A DNA stretch of 32,000 bases from Opitutia bacterium KCR 482 (GCA_029269845.2 CP149973.1:1170001-1202000), one strand, 5' to 3'; counted from the stretch's first letter, positions 7,883 to 15,988 are shown. The notes: generated by a model not told the origin, from the letters alone. Program-made: numbers and translations.

Positions 7883-8920
7883 ATGAATAGAAAAACCGAC
7901 ACTTCAATGCGTTCGAGCAACGTCGTCGCCTGCATTTGGGATTTCGACAAGACACTTATCCCCGCATACATGCAGACGCCCATCTTCAAGGAGTACGACG
8001 TTGACGAAAAAACGTTTTGGCGCGAAGTCAACATGCTTCCCCAAATCTACGCCGAACGCGGAATAAGGGTGTCGCCCGAAACGGTCTACCTCAACCACCT
8101 GCTGACATTCGTCAAGGCGGGCTACATGCAGGGGCTGAGCAACGCAAAGCTCAAAAGGCTCGGCGGAAAGCTGCAATTCTGTCCGGGGATACCGTCGCTT
8201 TTCACGTCGCTGCGCGACACCGTAAAGAAGATTGCAAAGTCGCGCAACGCCGACATTGCGCTTGAACACTACATTGTGAGCACGGGACTTGCCGAAATGA
8301 TACGCGGCAGCAAAATCGCCCAGTATGTTGACGGAATTTTCGGCTGCGAATTTCTCGAAGAGCCGATGCCGCCGTATTTCTCTAAACAACCCGAATTCAA
8401 ATTCGACGCGGCATCGACGCAAATCAACCAAATCGGCATGATTGTAGACAACACAATCAAGACGCGCTTCATTTTCGAAATCAACAAGGGCACAAACAAA
8501 AACCCCGCAATAGACGTAAACTCGCACATCGACCCCGCCGACAGGCGCGTGCCGATACGCAACATGATTTACGTCGCGGACGGGCCGAGCGACGTTCCGG
8601 TATTTTCGGTCGTCAAAAAGGGCGGCGGCAAAACCTTCGCCGTTTACAGCGAGGGCAGCGAGGCGGAATTCGAGCAGAACGACATGCTCCTCGAAAGCGA
8701 CAGAATAGACGCCTACGGGCCGAACAACTACACGCCCGAATCGTCCACGGCAATCTGGCTGCAAATGCACGTCAGAAAAATCTGCGAAAGGATTATCCGC
8801 GAAATCGACGAAGACGTCGAAACGCGCCTCGGCAAGCCGCCGAAACATATACACAACCCGAAGTCGAAAGACGACTTCCCGCCCGAACTTCCGCCCGTCA
8901 ACAGGGAATTCGAATTTTAA
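7883..8920 (+). CDS. HAD-superfamily hydrolase-like protein
   Basis: DxDxT motif in ACIWDFDKTLIP and a late-motif DGPSD. The start could instead be the Met at 7907, which would place the DxD motif at a typical distance from the N-terminus. Confidence 0.75.
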   Translation: MNRKTDTSMRSSNVVACIWDFDKTLIPAYMQTPIFKEYDVDEKTFWREVNMLPQIYAERGIRVSPETVYLNHLLTFVKAGYMQGLSNAKLKRLGGKLQFCPGIPSLFTSLRDTVKKIAKSRNADIALEHYIVSTGLAEMIRGSKIAQYVDGIFGCEFLEEPMPPYFSKQPEFKFDAASTQINQIGMIVDNTIKTRFIFEINKGTNKNPAIDVNSHIDPADRRVPIRNMIYVADGPSDVPVFSVVKKGGGKTFAVYSEGSEAEFEQNDMLLESDRIDAYGPNNYTPESSTAIWLQMHVRKICERIIREIDEDVETRLGKPPKHIHNPKSKDDFPPELPPVNREFEF

Positions 8921-9033
8921 GCCCGCCGCGCCCAAAATTCCGACGCGCAGACGCGCAGAATACCCGTTTGCGCAAAACATACCCGTTTTTTAGTTTGGAC
9001 AAAATCGGGACAAAATGCGATAATCTTCAATCT

Positions 9034-11079
9034 ATGAAGAAGAAATACGCTTTGTTGGGGAAGATTTTCGCCGCCGCCGCATTCGTTCTCGCGCTGGCCG
9101 GCTGCGAAGAAAGAGGAATCACAATTTACGACGCGTCAAACTCTCCCGACGGCAAGCCGTTCGAGCTTACGCGCAAAACGCCGCTGGTAGTCAACGGCGA
9201 ATGGGACTTGTCGAAAAACCTCGACTTCCTCGTGGAGTTCGAAAGCGTCGGCGAATCCGGCGACGTTGTGAGAATCAGAATCAACGACGGCACGGCGACG
9301 GAGCGCGACGGAAACCCGTCGGTCGCCTCCTACCGCGTCGCCAAGGGCGAAAAAGGCTCGGCGGTAATCTCCTACCCGCCCGTACCCGCGCACCCAGAAA
9401 TTCTCGACGACATGAAAATCATGCGCACAAACCCGTTCTTCCGCGGCGACAGAATTTCGTTCCCGAAAGACTTTTCAAAAATCAAAAGGCTCACAATGTT
9501 CTCGCGCAACGCCGGCGCGAAAATCAGGATAAAGAAAATCGTAGCCCTCGACACTTCGGCGAAAAAATACCCCGAATACTTTTCGTACACAAGGGAGCAG
9601 TTCTTTCCGTTCATCGACAAATACGGACAGTTCAAATTCGGCGACTGGAAAGGGAAAATCCGCACCGACGCCGACATCAAAAAGGCGGTCGCCGAAGAAG
9701 AGAAAGACCTCTCCGCAAACCCGCAGTCGCCCGAAGGCTGGACAAAATACGGCGGCTGGGCGAACGGCCCGAAGTTGGAGGCAACGGGGCACTTCCGCGT
9801 GCAAAAAGTGGACGGCAAATGGTGGCTCGTAGACCCCGAAGGCAGGCTGTTCTGGTCGCACGGCATAGTCAGGGTCTCTCCGTCGAGCGCAATCACGCCC
9901 CTCGACGGACGCGAATACTACTTCGAAAACCTCCCCAAGAAGGACGACGAATTCGCCCTCTTCTACACGACAAAAGACGAGCTTCTCGCGCCCTACTACA
10001 CCAAGCGCGGACTGAAAAAAACCTACGACTTCTCCGCCGCAAACATCTACCGCAAATACGGCAAACAGTGGCGCGAAAAATTCGCCGACTCCGCACACCG
10101 CAGACTCCGCAGCTGGGGGCTTAACACGATAGCGAACTCGTCCGACTCTTTCATATTCCTTCAAAAAAAGACTCCCTACGCCGAACGCTTCGAAATCCAT
10201 TCGCGCCCGATTTCAGGACACGAAGGCTGGTGGTGGCCGATTGCCGACCCGTGGGACGCGTCGTTCGTCAAAAGCATAAACGACAACCTCGACCGCCGCG
10301 CCGAACAGCTCGAAGACCCGTTCTGCATAGGCTATTTCGTGGACAACGAGCACCACTGGGGCAGCCCAGATACGATTGGCAGAAATGTATCGATTTCGCC
10401 CGCCGACCTGCCCGCAAAAATCGAGTTCGCAAAAGACCTCAAAGCCAAATACGGCGACATCGCCGCGCTCAACAAGGCATGGAAGACAAACTTCAAATCG
10501 TGGGACGACTTCCTCGCCAACGACAAAAACCCCGTAAACGCCGACAAAAAAGACCTCTCCGCGTTCTCCGAAAAATTCATCGGCAATTATTTCAAAACCA
10601 TTCGCGACACAATCAAGGCGCGCGTGCCGCACATGCTCTACATGGGCTGCCGCTTTGCGGGGTCGAACGAAATCGCGCTGCGGCAGGCGGGCAAATACTG
10701 CGACATCGTAAGCTACAACCGCTATTCAGACTCTCTCGCAACGCTCAAGCTTCCCGAAGGCGTGGACAAGCCAATCATGATTGGCGAATTCCATTTCGGC
10801 GCGCTCGACAGGGGGCTTTTCCACCCGTCGCTGGTGCTGGTGAAAGACCAGAAAGACCGAGGACAGCACTACTACGACTACGTCAAATCGGCACTTGAAA
10901 ACCCCGCAATAGTGGGCACACACTGGCACCAGTTCTCCGACCAGTGCACGGCGGGACGCTTCGACGGCGAAAACTTCCAAGTGGGCTTCACCGACGTCGC
11001 CGACCAGCCCTACCCCGAAACGATAAACAAAGCGCGCGAAATAGGCTATAAACTCTATAAAACGCGCTACGGGAAATAA
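9034..11079 (+). CDS. Exported (lipoprotein) TIM-barrel glycoside hydrolase with an N-terminal beta-sandwich domain (clan GH-A-like; family not assignable by eye, agarase/GH50- or GH42-like)
   Basis: Lipobox LALAGC after the internal ATG at 9034. Candidate catalytic motifs are FVDNEHHWG and MIGEFHFG. It is a paralog of 20405..22594. Confidence 0.8.
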   Translation: MKKKYALLGKIFAAAAFVLALAGCEERGITIYDASNSPDGKPFELTRKTPLVVNGEWDLSKNLDFLVEFESVGESGDVVRIRINDGTATERDGNPSVASYRVAKGEKGSAVISYPPVPAHPEILDDMKIMRTNPFFRGDRISFPKDFSKIKRLTMFSRNAGAKIRIKKIVALDTSAKKYPEYFSYTREQFFPFIDKYGQFKFGDWKGKIRTDADIKKAVAEEEKDLSANPQSPEGWTKYGGWANGPKLEATGHFRVQKVDGKWWLVDPEGRLFWSHGIVRVSPSSAITPLDGREYYFENLPKKDDEFALFYTTKDELLAPYYTKRGLKKTYDFSAANIYRKYGKQWREKFADSAHRRLRSWGLNTIANSSDSFIFLQKKTPYAERFEIHSRPISGHEGWWWPIADPWDASFVKSINDNLDRRAEQLEDPFCIGYFVDNEHHWGSPDTIGRNVSISPADLPAKIEFAKDLKAKYGDIAALNKAWKTNFKSWDDFLANDKNPVNADKKDLSAFSEKFIGNYFKTIRDTIKARVPHMLYMGCRFAGSNEIALRQAGKYCDIVSYNRYSDSLATLKLPEGVDKPIMIGEFHFGALDRGLFHPSLVLVKDQKDRGQHYYDYVKSALENPAIVGTHWHQFSDQCTAGRFDGENFQVGFTDVADQPYPETINKAREIGYKLYKTRYGK

Positions 11080-11101
11080 ATCAAACACATCGCAACCACA
11101 A

Positions 11102-11131
11102 ACGGCGGATATCTTCTCCGCCGTTTTTTTT
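11102..11131 (+). terminator. Rho-independent terminator after the first GH gene
   Basis: ACGGCGGA-TATCTTC-TCCGCCGT followed by a T8 run. Confidence 0.7.
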
Positions 11132-11148
11132 GCGCCGCAATACCCAAT

Positions 11149-11967
11149 TCAGTTCGGCGTTTCGGGAATGAATCGCAGAGTGCGCAGGTTGCCGATTTTC
11201 CTTTTGTTTTCGAGCGCGTCGCCGAGCGGCGAGGTTTGGCTTTCGAAAGTCTCTTCGCCGCCGCCGTAAACTTCGTACGATACTTTTCCCTCCGCGCCCC
11301 AACGCCCGTTTATCAAACCGCCTTTAAGCTCGGCGACGTTTGCGCCAAGCACTTCGCAGACTTTTTCGGCGCGGGGGTCGATTATGTATTTTTCATACTC
11401 CGACTCAAAGTATACCGCGCCGTTCCGCAACGCGTAGACGGAGAAATTTCCGCGCCCGCAAGTGTCGAGAGAAATTCCGACGGTTTTGCCGCTTTCAAAT
11501 TTCACGCGCCTGTCGAATTCGGGACAAAGCGCGGGCTTTCTTTTAAGCTGCAATTCGAATTTCGGCTCGGCGGGAATTTCGACTGATTCCCACATCGTAA
11601 ACAATGCCCACAGCGACACCGCAAACACCGCAGCCGCAACCGCCGCCGAAATAAGAACCCCCGCCGCAAAAGACAACAACGTTTTGAAAAAAGAGAATCC
11701 GCACTTGCGCGCGTAAAACATATGGGCAAGAAAGCCCGCACAAAACACAGGCAAAATTCCCGCAATAATCGGCGTAAGAAAGTTCGGAATTGGAGGAATG
11801 ACGCGCCACGCGCCCACCACGGAAAACGGCGCAATAAGCCCCATCGCCGCACATACGGCGGGCACACTTTTGAGCGTGGCGGCAATAAAACCCGTGCCGC
11901 GGCGAAAGAAAATCCACGCGGCGGCGGAAATCCCCATAAGCGCGCAAGCTGCAATTAATGCCGACAT
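11149..11967 (-). CDS. Membrane protein (about 4 N-terminal TM helices plus a soluble C-terminal domain), hypothetical
   Basis: 272-aa ORF with a hydrophobic N-terminal half and normal codon usage. Confidence 0.65.
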   Translation of the reverse strand: MSALIAACALMGISAAAWIFFRRGTGFIAATLKSVPAVCAAMGLIAPFSVVGAWRVIPPIPNFLTPIIAGILPVFCAGFLAHMFYARKCGFSFFKTLLSFAAGVLISAAVAAAVFAVSLWALFTMWESVEIPAEPKFELQLKRKPALCPEFDRRVKFESGKTVGISLDTCGRGNFSVYALRNGAVYFESEYEKYIIDPRAEKVCEVLGANVAELKGGLINGRWGAEGKVSYEVYGGGEETFESQTSPLGDALENKRKIGNLRTLRFIPETPN

Positions 11968-11980
11968 CGCAGAATTTCTA

Positions 11981-12327
11981 CCCTACCCCACCCGTCGGGT
12001 CAAGAAATACCGCCAACAATCATCGAGCAAAAGCAACGCAGGCATAACGAGACAAACGACGTACGCGTGTAAATATTCCCTCCTACACGAAAATGAAGCA
12101 CGACAAATAAAATGCCGCCCCAGCCACACAAACGCAGGACAAACAACATAAGCGTACTACCTACCCTACGAATAGGAATGCGACAAAGCAGAATTCCCCC
12201 AACCGAGCAAGGACAAACAACAACGCAAGCGCGGCAATTTCCGCCGCAAAACATAAACGAATCGGCATAAGCTATCGCCCCTCCCAACGCGAAAGCGCAA
12301 CAAGCGAAATACGCGCCCGCCCCACCC
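11981..12327. other. Strongly strand-asymmetric tract, A+C-rich on the plus strand and G+T-rich on the minus strand
   Basis: My counts: 12001-12060 is A28 C17 G11 T4, and 12181-12240 is A24 C19 G12 T5. The tract is bounded by the near-repeats CCCTACCCCACCC (11981-11993) and CCCGCCCCACCC (12316-12327). Confidence 0.6.
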
Positions 12328-12354
12328 ACGCGAGAGCGAAGCGACTCGCGCCTC

Positions 12355-12390
12355 GACGGAAACGAAATGCTCCTCGTTTTCGTTTCCGTC
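12355..12390. other. Perfect 13-bp hairpin
   Basis: GACGGAAACGAAA, a 10-nt loop, then TTTCGTTTCCGTC. Confidence 0.6.
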
Positions 12391-12397
12391 CTCCTTC

Positions 12398-12424
12398 GTG
12401 CGCATTAAGCGCACTCTGTTTTTC
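12398..12424 (+). terminator. Candidate plus-strand terminator, the first of three ATTAA-loop hairpins
   Basis: GTGCGC-ATTAA-GCGCAC followed by TCTGTTTTTC. Confidence 0.4.
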
Positions 12425-12512
12425 ATCTACTCATAGGAATGTGGTGAGCTACAAATGCAAAAAAATCCGACGCAACCGCAGCACCCCACAAAAAATATCA
12501 CCATGTAATATT

Positions 12513-12564
12513 AAAAAAACGCGATATTTCGGACAGCGTGAAAGTCCCAAATATCGCGTTTTTT
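12513..12564. terminator. Long bidirectional intrinsic terminator
   Basis: A7, then CGCGATATTT-C-GGAC-AGCGTGAAA-GTCC-C-AAATATCGCG, then T6. Confidence 0.7.
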
Positions 12565-12617
12565 CGCTAAACCTCCCGCGCGGCGGCTGCCGCGCTGTCG
12601 AGGCTTGCGAGGTTGCA

Positions 12618-12905
12618 CGCAGAAATGCGGCTTTGCAAAGCAAGGCGACGGGAGTGTACTCTCGTACATGACCGAAGCCGCGCGAGCGAAACGCATTTAT
12701 ACGCCGACCCCGCAAGCCCTCCTAAATCTCCTTGCACGCATTAAGCGTGCCATCACTATCCCGCAGAAATGCGGCTTTGCAAAGCAAGGCGACGGAAGAG
12801 TACTCTCGTACATGACCGAATCCGCGCAAGCGAAACGCATTTATACGCCGACCCCGCAAGCCCTCCTAAATCTTCTTGCACGCATTAAGCGTGCCAACAC
12901 TACCC
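12618..12905. repeat. Tandem repeat, 2 x 144 nt, structured units
   Basis: Units 12618-12761 and 12762-12905 differ at about 7 positions. The array abuts the stop codon of the lipoprotein gene at 12907. Confidence 0.9.
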
Positions 12906-12906
12906 C

Positions 12907-13902
12907 CTACTTTTCGGAGAATCCGTCCGGCAGGAACCATCGCGCCTTGTAGATTCTGCCGCCGTCAAGCGTCCCGACCCTGCGCGTTTTCGACGCGCCG
13001 AACGACACCGATGCGCTCCACCATTTGACTTCGGGTATGAGCGAAATTATTTCGCCGTCGGGCGACGAAAGCGACACGCTTTTTATCCGCCCCACCCCGC
13101 ACACGTCGGCGAATTTGCGCGAGACGGAATCGAAAAGCACAACGCCCTTATGCCCCGTAATAAACATGATTTTCGACGACGGCAACGGGTACAAATCGTG
13201 CCCGACTACCGCTTTTTCGGGCAGCGGATATTCGGCGGTTTTTTCGAGTTCGGGCGAATCGGAGTCGAAGTTGTATTTGTAGGCTTCGAGAGTCTTTTTG
13301 CCAAGCGCCCACAAAATTTTCTGCGAAGCGTCCCACACCACGCCGTGCGCAAATTCGAGCGGATACGTTTTTTTCGACGCGCACGGAACGCCCTCCGCCG
13401 CGTTTTTTGCCGCAAAAACCGTCAGCATGTTGCCGTCGGACGACGCAACCGCGATATTTCCGTCGGGAAGCAGGCATGCAGAATGCACGTTCCCGCCGGC
13501 GTACATAAAGCGAACAACGCGCGAATCGCGCACGCGCACGAGCGCAACGCCCCCTTTCGACGCCGCGACTAAAACGTGGGTCGCGCCGAGCACCGGCTTT
13601 GCGTCGCTGGGATTGCCGAACCATTCGGCGTATTTCACGGGCATTCCGTCCGCCTTCAAGGGGTTCCAGCTCCACAAAACGGCGTCGGGAGAATTCCAGT
13701 CTTTCGAGGAGTCCAAAAGCAGAATTCGGCGCGATGCCTGTTCGGAGGCGAGCACTGCGGGAAGATTTTTTACGTCCACCGCCGAAGCGTCCGACATCTT
13801 CGCCGAAACGAACACTGCGGTTTCCTCCAACGAACGCTCGCCGACGCACGCCGAAAGCAGCGATACCGACGCCGAGGCAAGAAGCAGCGCAATCAGTTTC
13901 AT
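12907..13902 (-). CDS. Lipoprotein (331 aa), probably beta-rich or propeller-like, hypothetical
   Basis: Internal ATG at 13902 gives MKLIALLLASASVSLLSAC with a canonical LSAC lipobox. This ATG overlaps the upstream gene's TGA (ATGA). The track ORF extension to 14580 is an Arg-rich out-of-frame overlap. Confidence 0.75.
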   Translation of the reverse strand: MKLIALLLASASVSLLSACVGERSLEETAVFVSAKMSDASAVDVKNLPAVLASEQASRRILLLDSSKDWNSPDAVLWSWNPLKADGMPVKYAEWFGNPSDAKPVLGATHVLVAASKGGVALVRVRDSRVVRFMYAGGNVHSACLLPDGNIAVASSDGNMLTVFAAKNAAEGVPCASKKTYPLEFAHGVVWDASQKILWALGKKTLEAYKYNFDSDSPELEKTAEYPLPEKAVVGHDLYPLPSSKIMFITGHKGVVLFDSVSRKFADVCGVGRIKSVSLSSPDGEIISLIPEVKWWSASVSFGASKTRRVGTLDGGRIYKARWFLPDGFSEK

Positions 13903-15872
13903 GTGCCCCCCTGTCTTCTGCGGCGCGGAGTCTGCGTCAGGTGCGCGCCGAAAACGATGTTGATGTTCGCCTTGTTGTTGACCGCCCAGCCGTTGGCGTC
14001 GAGCAGCGGCGCAAGGTTGCGGAAGCCGAGCTTCATCGCCGCGATTATCACAGACGGAAGCGAAATCGCCAGAATCACGCCGACAATGCCGATTGGCATC
14101 CACGGTCCAAGCCTTACGAACGCGCCCAAAATCATGCCGAACGCCGTCGTAATGCCGCCGACGGCAACGCCCAGCGCGGCGACCGTGCCGATGTCGATTT
14201 TCTTCGTCTTGTCGTCCACGATTTTCCCGTTTTCGAGATTCGCCGCAACCGACTTGTCGGCGTCGAGGGCGCGTTTTGCAATCTGCTCGCTCACCCATTT
14301 GACGAGCCGCTTGTAGGGCGAGAAGAACGCCTGCGCGATGCCGATTGGGTTGTCCACGATTTTCACGACGGTCGCGTCCCAGTCGCGCCCCGCACGGTCG
14401 TAGAAAATTCCGTTTTTGCCCACGATGAGGTCGTCGGAATCGCCCGCTGTGACGACCGCCACAATGTTCATATCCGCCTCGCCCTTGCGTTTGCAGACGC
14501 AGTAGAGCAGGTAGCCGTAGGAGAGCGACGCCATCGCCGAATGTTTTGCGACGTCCTCGACTTTTATGCACAAAGAGCACATGCGCCCGTCGATGTAGAG
14601 CTGTCCGAACTGGAAAATTGCCTCAGCCTTGTCTTTGTAGAACGACTGGAAGCTCACGAAATTGCGCAGCAGCGGGCACAGGCTTTTGTTGAGCCGCACG
14701 AGCTTTTCGACCTTTTCGATTTCGGCGACTTCCGCAGCGACCGAAGCCTCCGAAACGAATGCGTCGGCGAAGCGCGTTTTTGCGTCGCCCGCGAGGATTT
14801 CGCGCAGGCGCGCGCCGCCGATTTTTTCGGCGTCGGTCGCGGGCTTTGCCGCGCGCCACGCGGCATACGGGGCGAAAGTATCGGCGATTTTCTTCCAGTC
14901 CGCCTTCGAGATTTTCGTCGAAGCGCAGACGGGCTTGGCGACGAGTTCGGCGAACGCCGCAAGCGGCGCGCGCCACGCGGGGTTGACGTCGCCCGAAAGG
15001 TCGAGAGTGCCGTCGGCGGAAACGAGAGCCGCGGGCAGGTTTTTGAGGGAGGCGTCGCACGGGCCGACTTCCTCCGACAGAATTTCGGCGAAACGCGCGG
15101 CGGTTGCGTTGACCGACGCGGAGGCGTCGGGGGCGAAGCGGAGGACGTCAACCCTCACGAAAAAGTCGTCGATTTTTTCCTTCACGGCGGAATACGCGGC
15201 GAAGGCGTCCGCCGTCGATTCCCCAAGCGGCGAAACCGCCGAATCGGCGTTGAACGCGTCGAGCCACGCCGTGTACGCGGCGGCGTCGGCGAAGAACTTT
15301 TCGACGTCGGCGGCGTCGATGCCGTCCTTTCCCGAACGGTCGGTCTTGGGAGTGGAGACCGAAAGAATGTCGGCGAAAACGGGTTTGAGGACGTCGTCGC
15401 ACGAAAGTTCGGTTATGATTCCGTCGGCGTTGAACGCGCCCGCCGCGAAAATCTTTGCGGTGTCGGCGAAGTCGGAGACGGAAATTTTGCCGTCGCCCGC
15501 CTTGCCGAGATTTGCAAGAACCGTTTTCGCGGAGGAAAGCAGCGTTTTGCCCTCGCTTGTTTCGGTGTTTATTTGCGAAAGTTCGAGGGTGTCGGACTCT
15601 TCGAAAAGTCTTGAAACGTCGGAGAGCGAGGCGCACGTCCATTCGGCGGCGGAAACGATGTCGCCGTAGCGAAGCCGCCCGTCGGCGTCGGCGTCGAGCA
15701 TGGAAAGCAGCTTCGAGTCGAACATCAAGCCCGACGTGGGGCATGCGAGCGCAGACCACAGCTTTTTGTCGAGTTTGCCGAGATTTTTGATGTCGTCGGC
15801 GGTGTTTATGGCTGCCTGATATGCGCCGCCCGCTTTAAAAAAGTTCCAACGGTGTCCGATTTCTTTTTTCAT
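13899..15872 (-). CDS. Conserved hypothetical protein (657 aa) with an EF-hand-like loop and C-terminal TM helices
   Basis: DADADGRLRYGD fits the 12-residue EF-hand loop pattern. The C-terminus carries hydrophobic helices GTVAALGVAVGGITTAFGMILGAF and IGIVGVILAISLPSVIIAAM. An AAGGGG Shine-Dalgarno-like sequence lies upstream of the ATG. Confidence 0.8.
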   Translation of the reverse strand: MKKEIGHRWNFFKAGGAYQAAINTADDIKNLGKLDKKLWSALACPTSGLMFDSKLLSMLDADADGRLRYGDIVSAAEWTCASLSDVSRLFEESDTLELSQINTETSEGKTLLSSAKTVLANLGKAGDGKISVSDFADTAKIFAAGAFNADGIITELSCDDVLKPVFADILSVSTPKTDRSGKDGIDAADVEKFFADAAAYTAWLDAFNADSAVSPLGESTADAFAAYSAVKEKIDDFFVRVDVLRFAPDASASVNATAARFAEILSEEVGPCDASLKNLPAALVSADGTLDLSGDVNPAWRAPLAAFAELVAKPVCASTKISKADWKKIADTFAPYAAWRAAKPATDAEKIGGARLREILAGDAKTRFADAFVSEASVAAEVAEIEKVEKLVRLNKSLCPLLRNFVSFQSFYKDKAEAIFQFGQLYIDGRMCSLCIKVEDVAKHSAMASLSYGYLLYCVCKRKGEADMNIVAVVTAGDSDDLIVGKNGIFYDRAGRDWDATVVKIVDNPIGIAQAFFSPYKRLVKWVSEQIAKRALDADKSVAANLENGKIVDDKTKKIDIGTVAALGVAVGGITTAFGMILGAFVRLGPWMPIGIVGVILAISLPSVIIAAMKLGFRNLAPLLDANGWAVNNKANINIVFGAHLTQTPRRRRQGGT

Positions 15873-15944
15873 AATGTCGCCCCTTAAAATAATCTTTGCC
15901 GCGCCTGTATGTCAACTGCTTATTGCGAAGCCGCTCGGGCGCGG

Positions 15945-15972
15945 AAAAACTCCGCCGCGCGGAGCGGAGTTT
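15945..15972 (-). terminator. Candidate terminator after the 15989..16822 gene
   Basis: Read on the minus strand: AAACTCCGC, an 8-nt loop, then GCGGAGTTT followed by TT. Confidence 0.5.
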
Positions 15973-15988
15973 CGGAGCGCGTCGGCAA

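Noticed and set aside
8968-9033. N-terminal extensions of track ORFs (8968 for the GH gene, 4481 for the secreted protein, 18932 for the Tat protein, 14580 for the lipoprotein, 19227 and 17825 for the isomerase paralogs, 31711 and 28996 in the tail cluster).
   Set aside because: In each case an internal ATG is immediately followed by a textbook signal peptide, lipobox or Tat motif. The extension either overlaps a neighbouring gene or encodes non-signal junk.
12000-12329. 109-aa Cys/Gly/Val/Phe-rich minus-strand ORF inside the skewed tract. It superficially resembles a 3-TM Cys-rich membrane peptide.
   Set aside because: Its composition is exactly what a G+T-rich strand yields in any frame. 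It starts at a GTG. Third codon positions are T-dominated, unlike the GC3-rich real genes here. I see no Shine-Dalgarno sequence.
11968-12600. tmRNA or RNase P RNA hidden in the long intergenic region, suggested by CAAACGACG and GAAAGTCCC strings.
   Set aside because: There is no tRNA-like acceptor or T-arm (GGTTCGAATCC...CCA), no GAGGAAAGTCC P4 context, and none of the other universally conserved blocks. The matches are short and isolated.
12618-12905. CRISPR array, integron attC sites, or a DGR template/variable repeat pair as explanations for the tandem repeat.
   Set aside because: The units are directly adjacent with no spacers, and at 144 nt they are too long for CRISPR repeats. There are no RYYYAAC/GTTRRRY attC ends. 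The differences are not adenine-specific, and no reverse transcriptase, cas or integrase gene is in the window.
12605-12952. 115-aa plus-strand ORF that reads through both 144-nt units in frame (144 = 48 codons), giving a tandem 48-aa repeat.
   Set aside because: It has a TTG start and no RBS, and it overlaps the 3' end of the lipoprotein gene on the other strand. Differences between the units are mostly non-synonymous (about 5 of 7). The sequence is better explained by nested helices. Divisibility by 3 is probably coincidental, but a coding test on more copies would settle it.
13599-15614. 671-aa plus-strand ORF, together with similar long ORFs at 870..1877, 3933..4889, 5021..6091, 6631..7890, 7904..8980, 19196..20296, 20855..22504, 23937..25046 and 27141..28646.
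   Set aside because: They lie antisense to, or out of frame with, genes that have clear motifs. Their translations are Arg/Ala/Gly-rich low-complexity sequence, typical of shadow ORFs in high-GC DNA, and none has a recognisable domain.
15886-15915. Sigma-70-like promoter on the minus strand, with a perfect TTGACA (15915..15910), an 18-nt spacer, then TATTTT (15891..15886).
   Set aside because: Not reported as a feature. The predicted start would leave only ~7 nt of 5' UTR and cut into the AAGGGG Shine-Dalgarno sequence. It remains plausible but is unsupported without TSS data.
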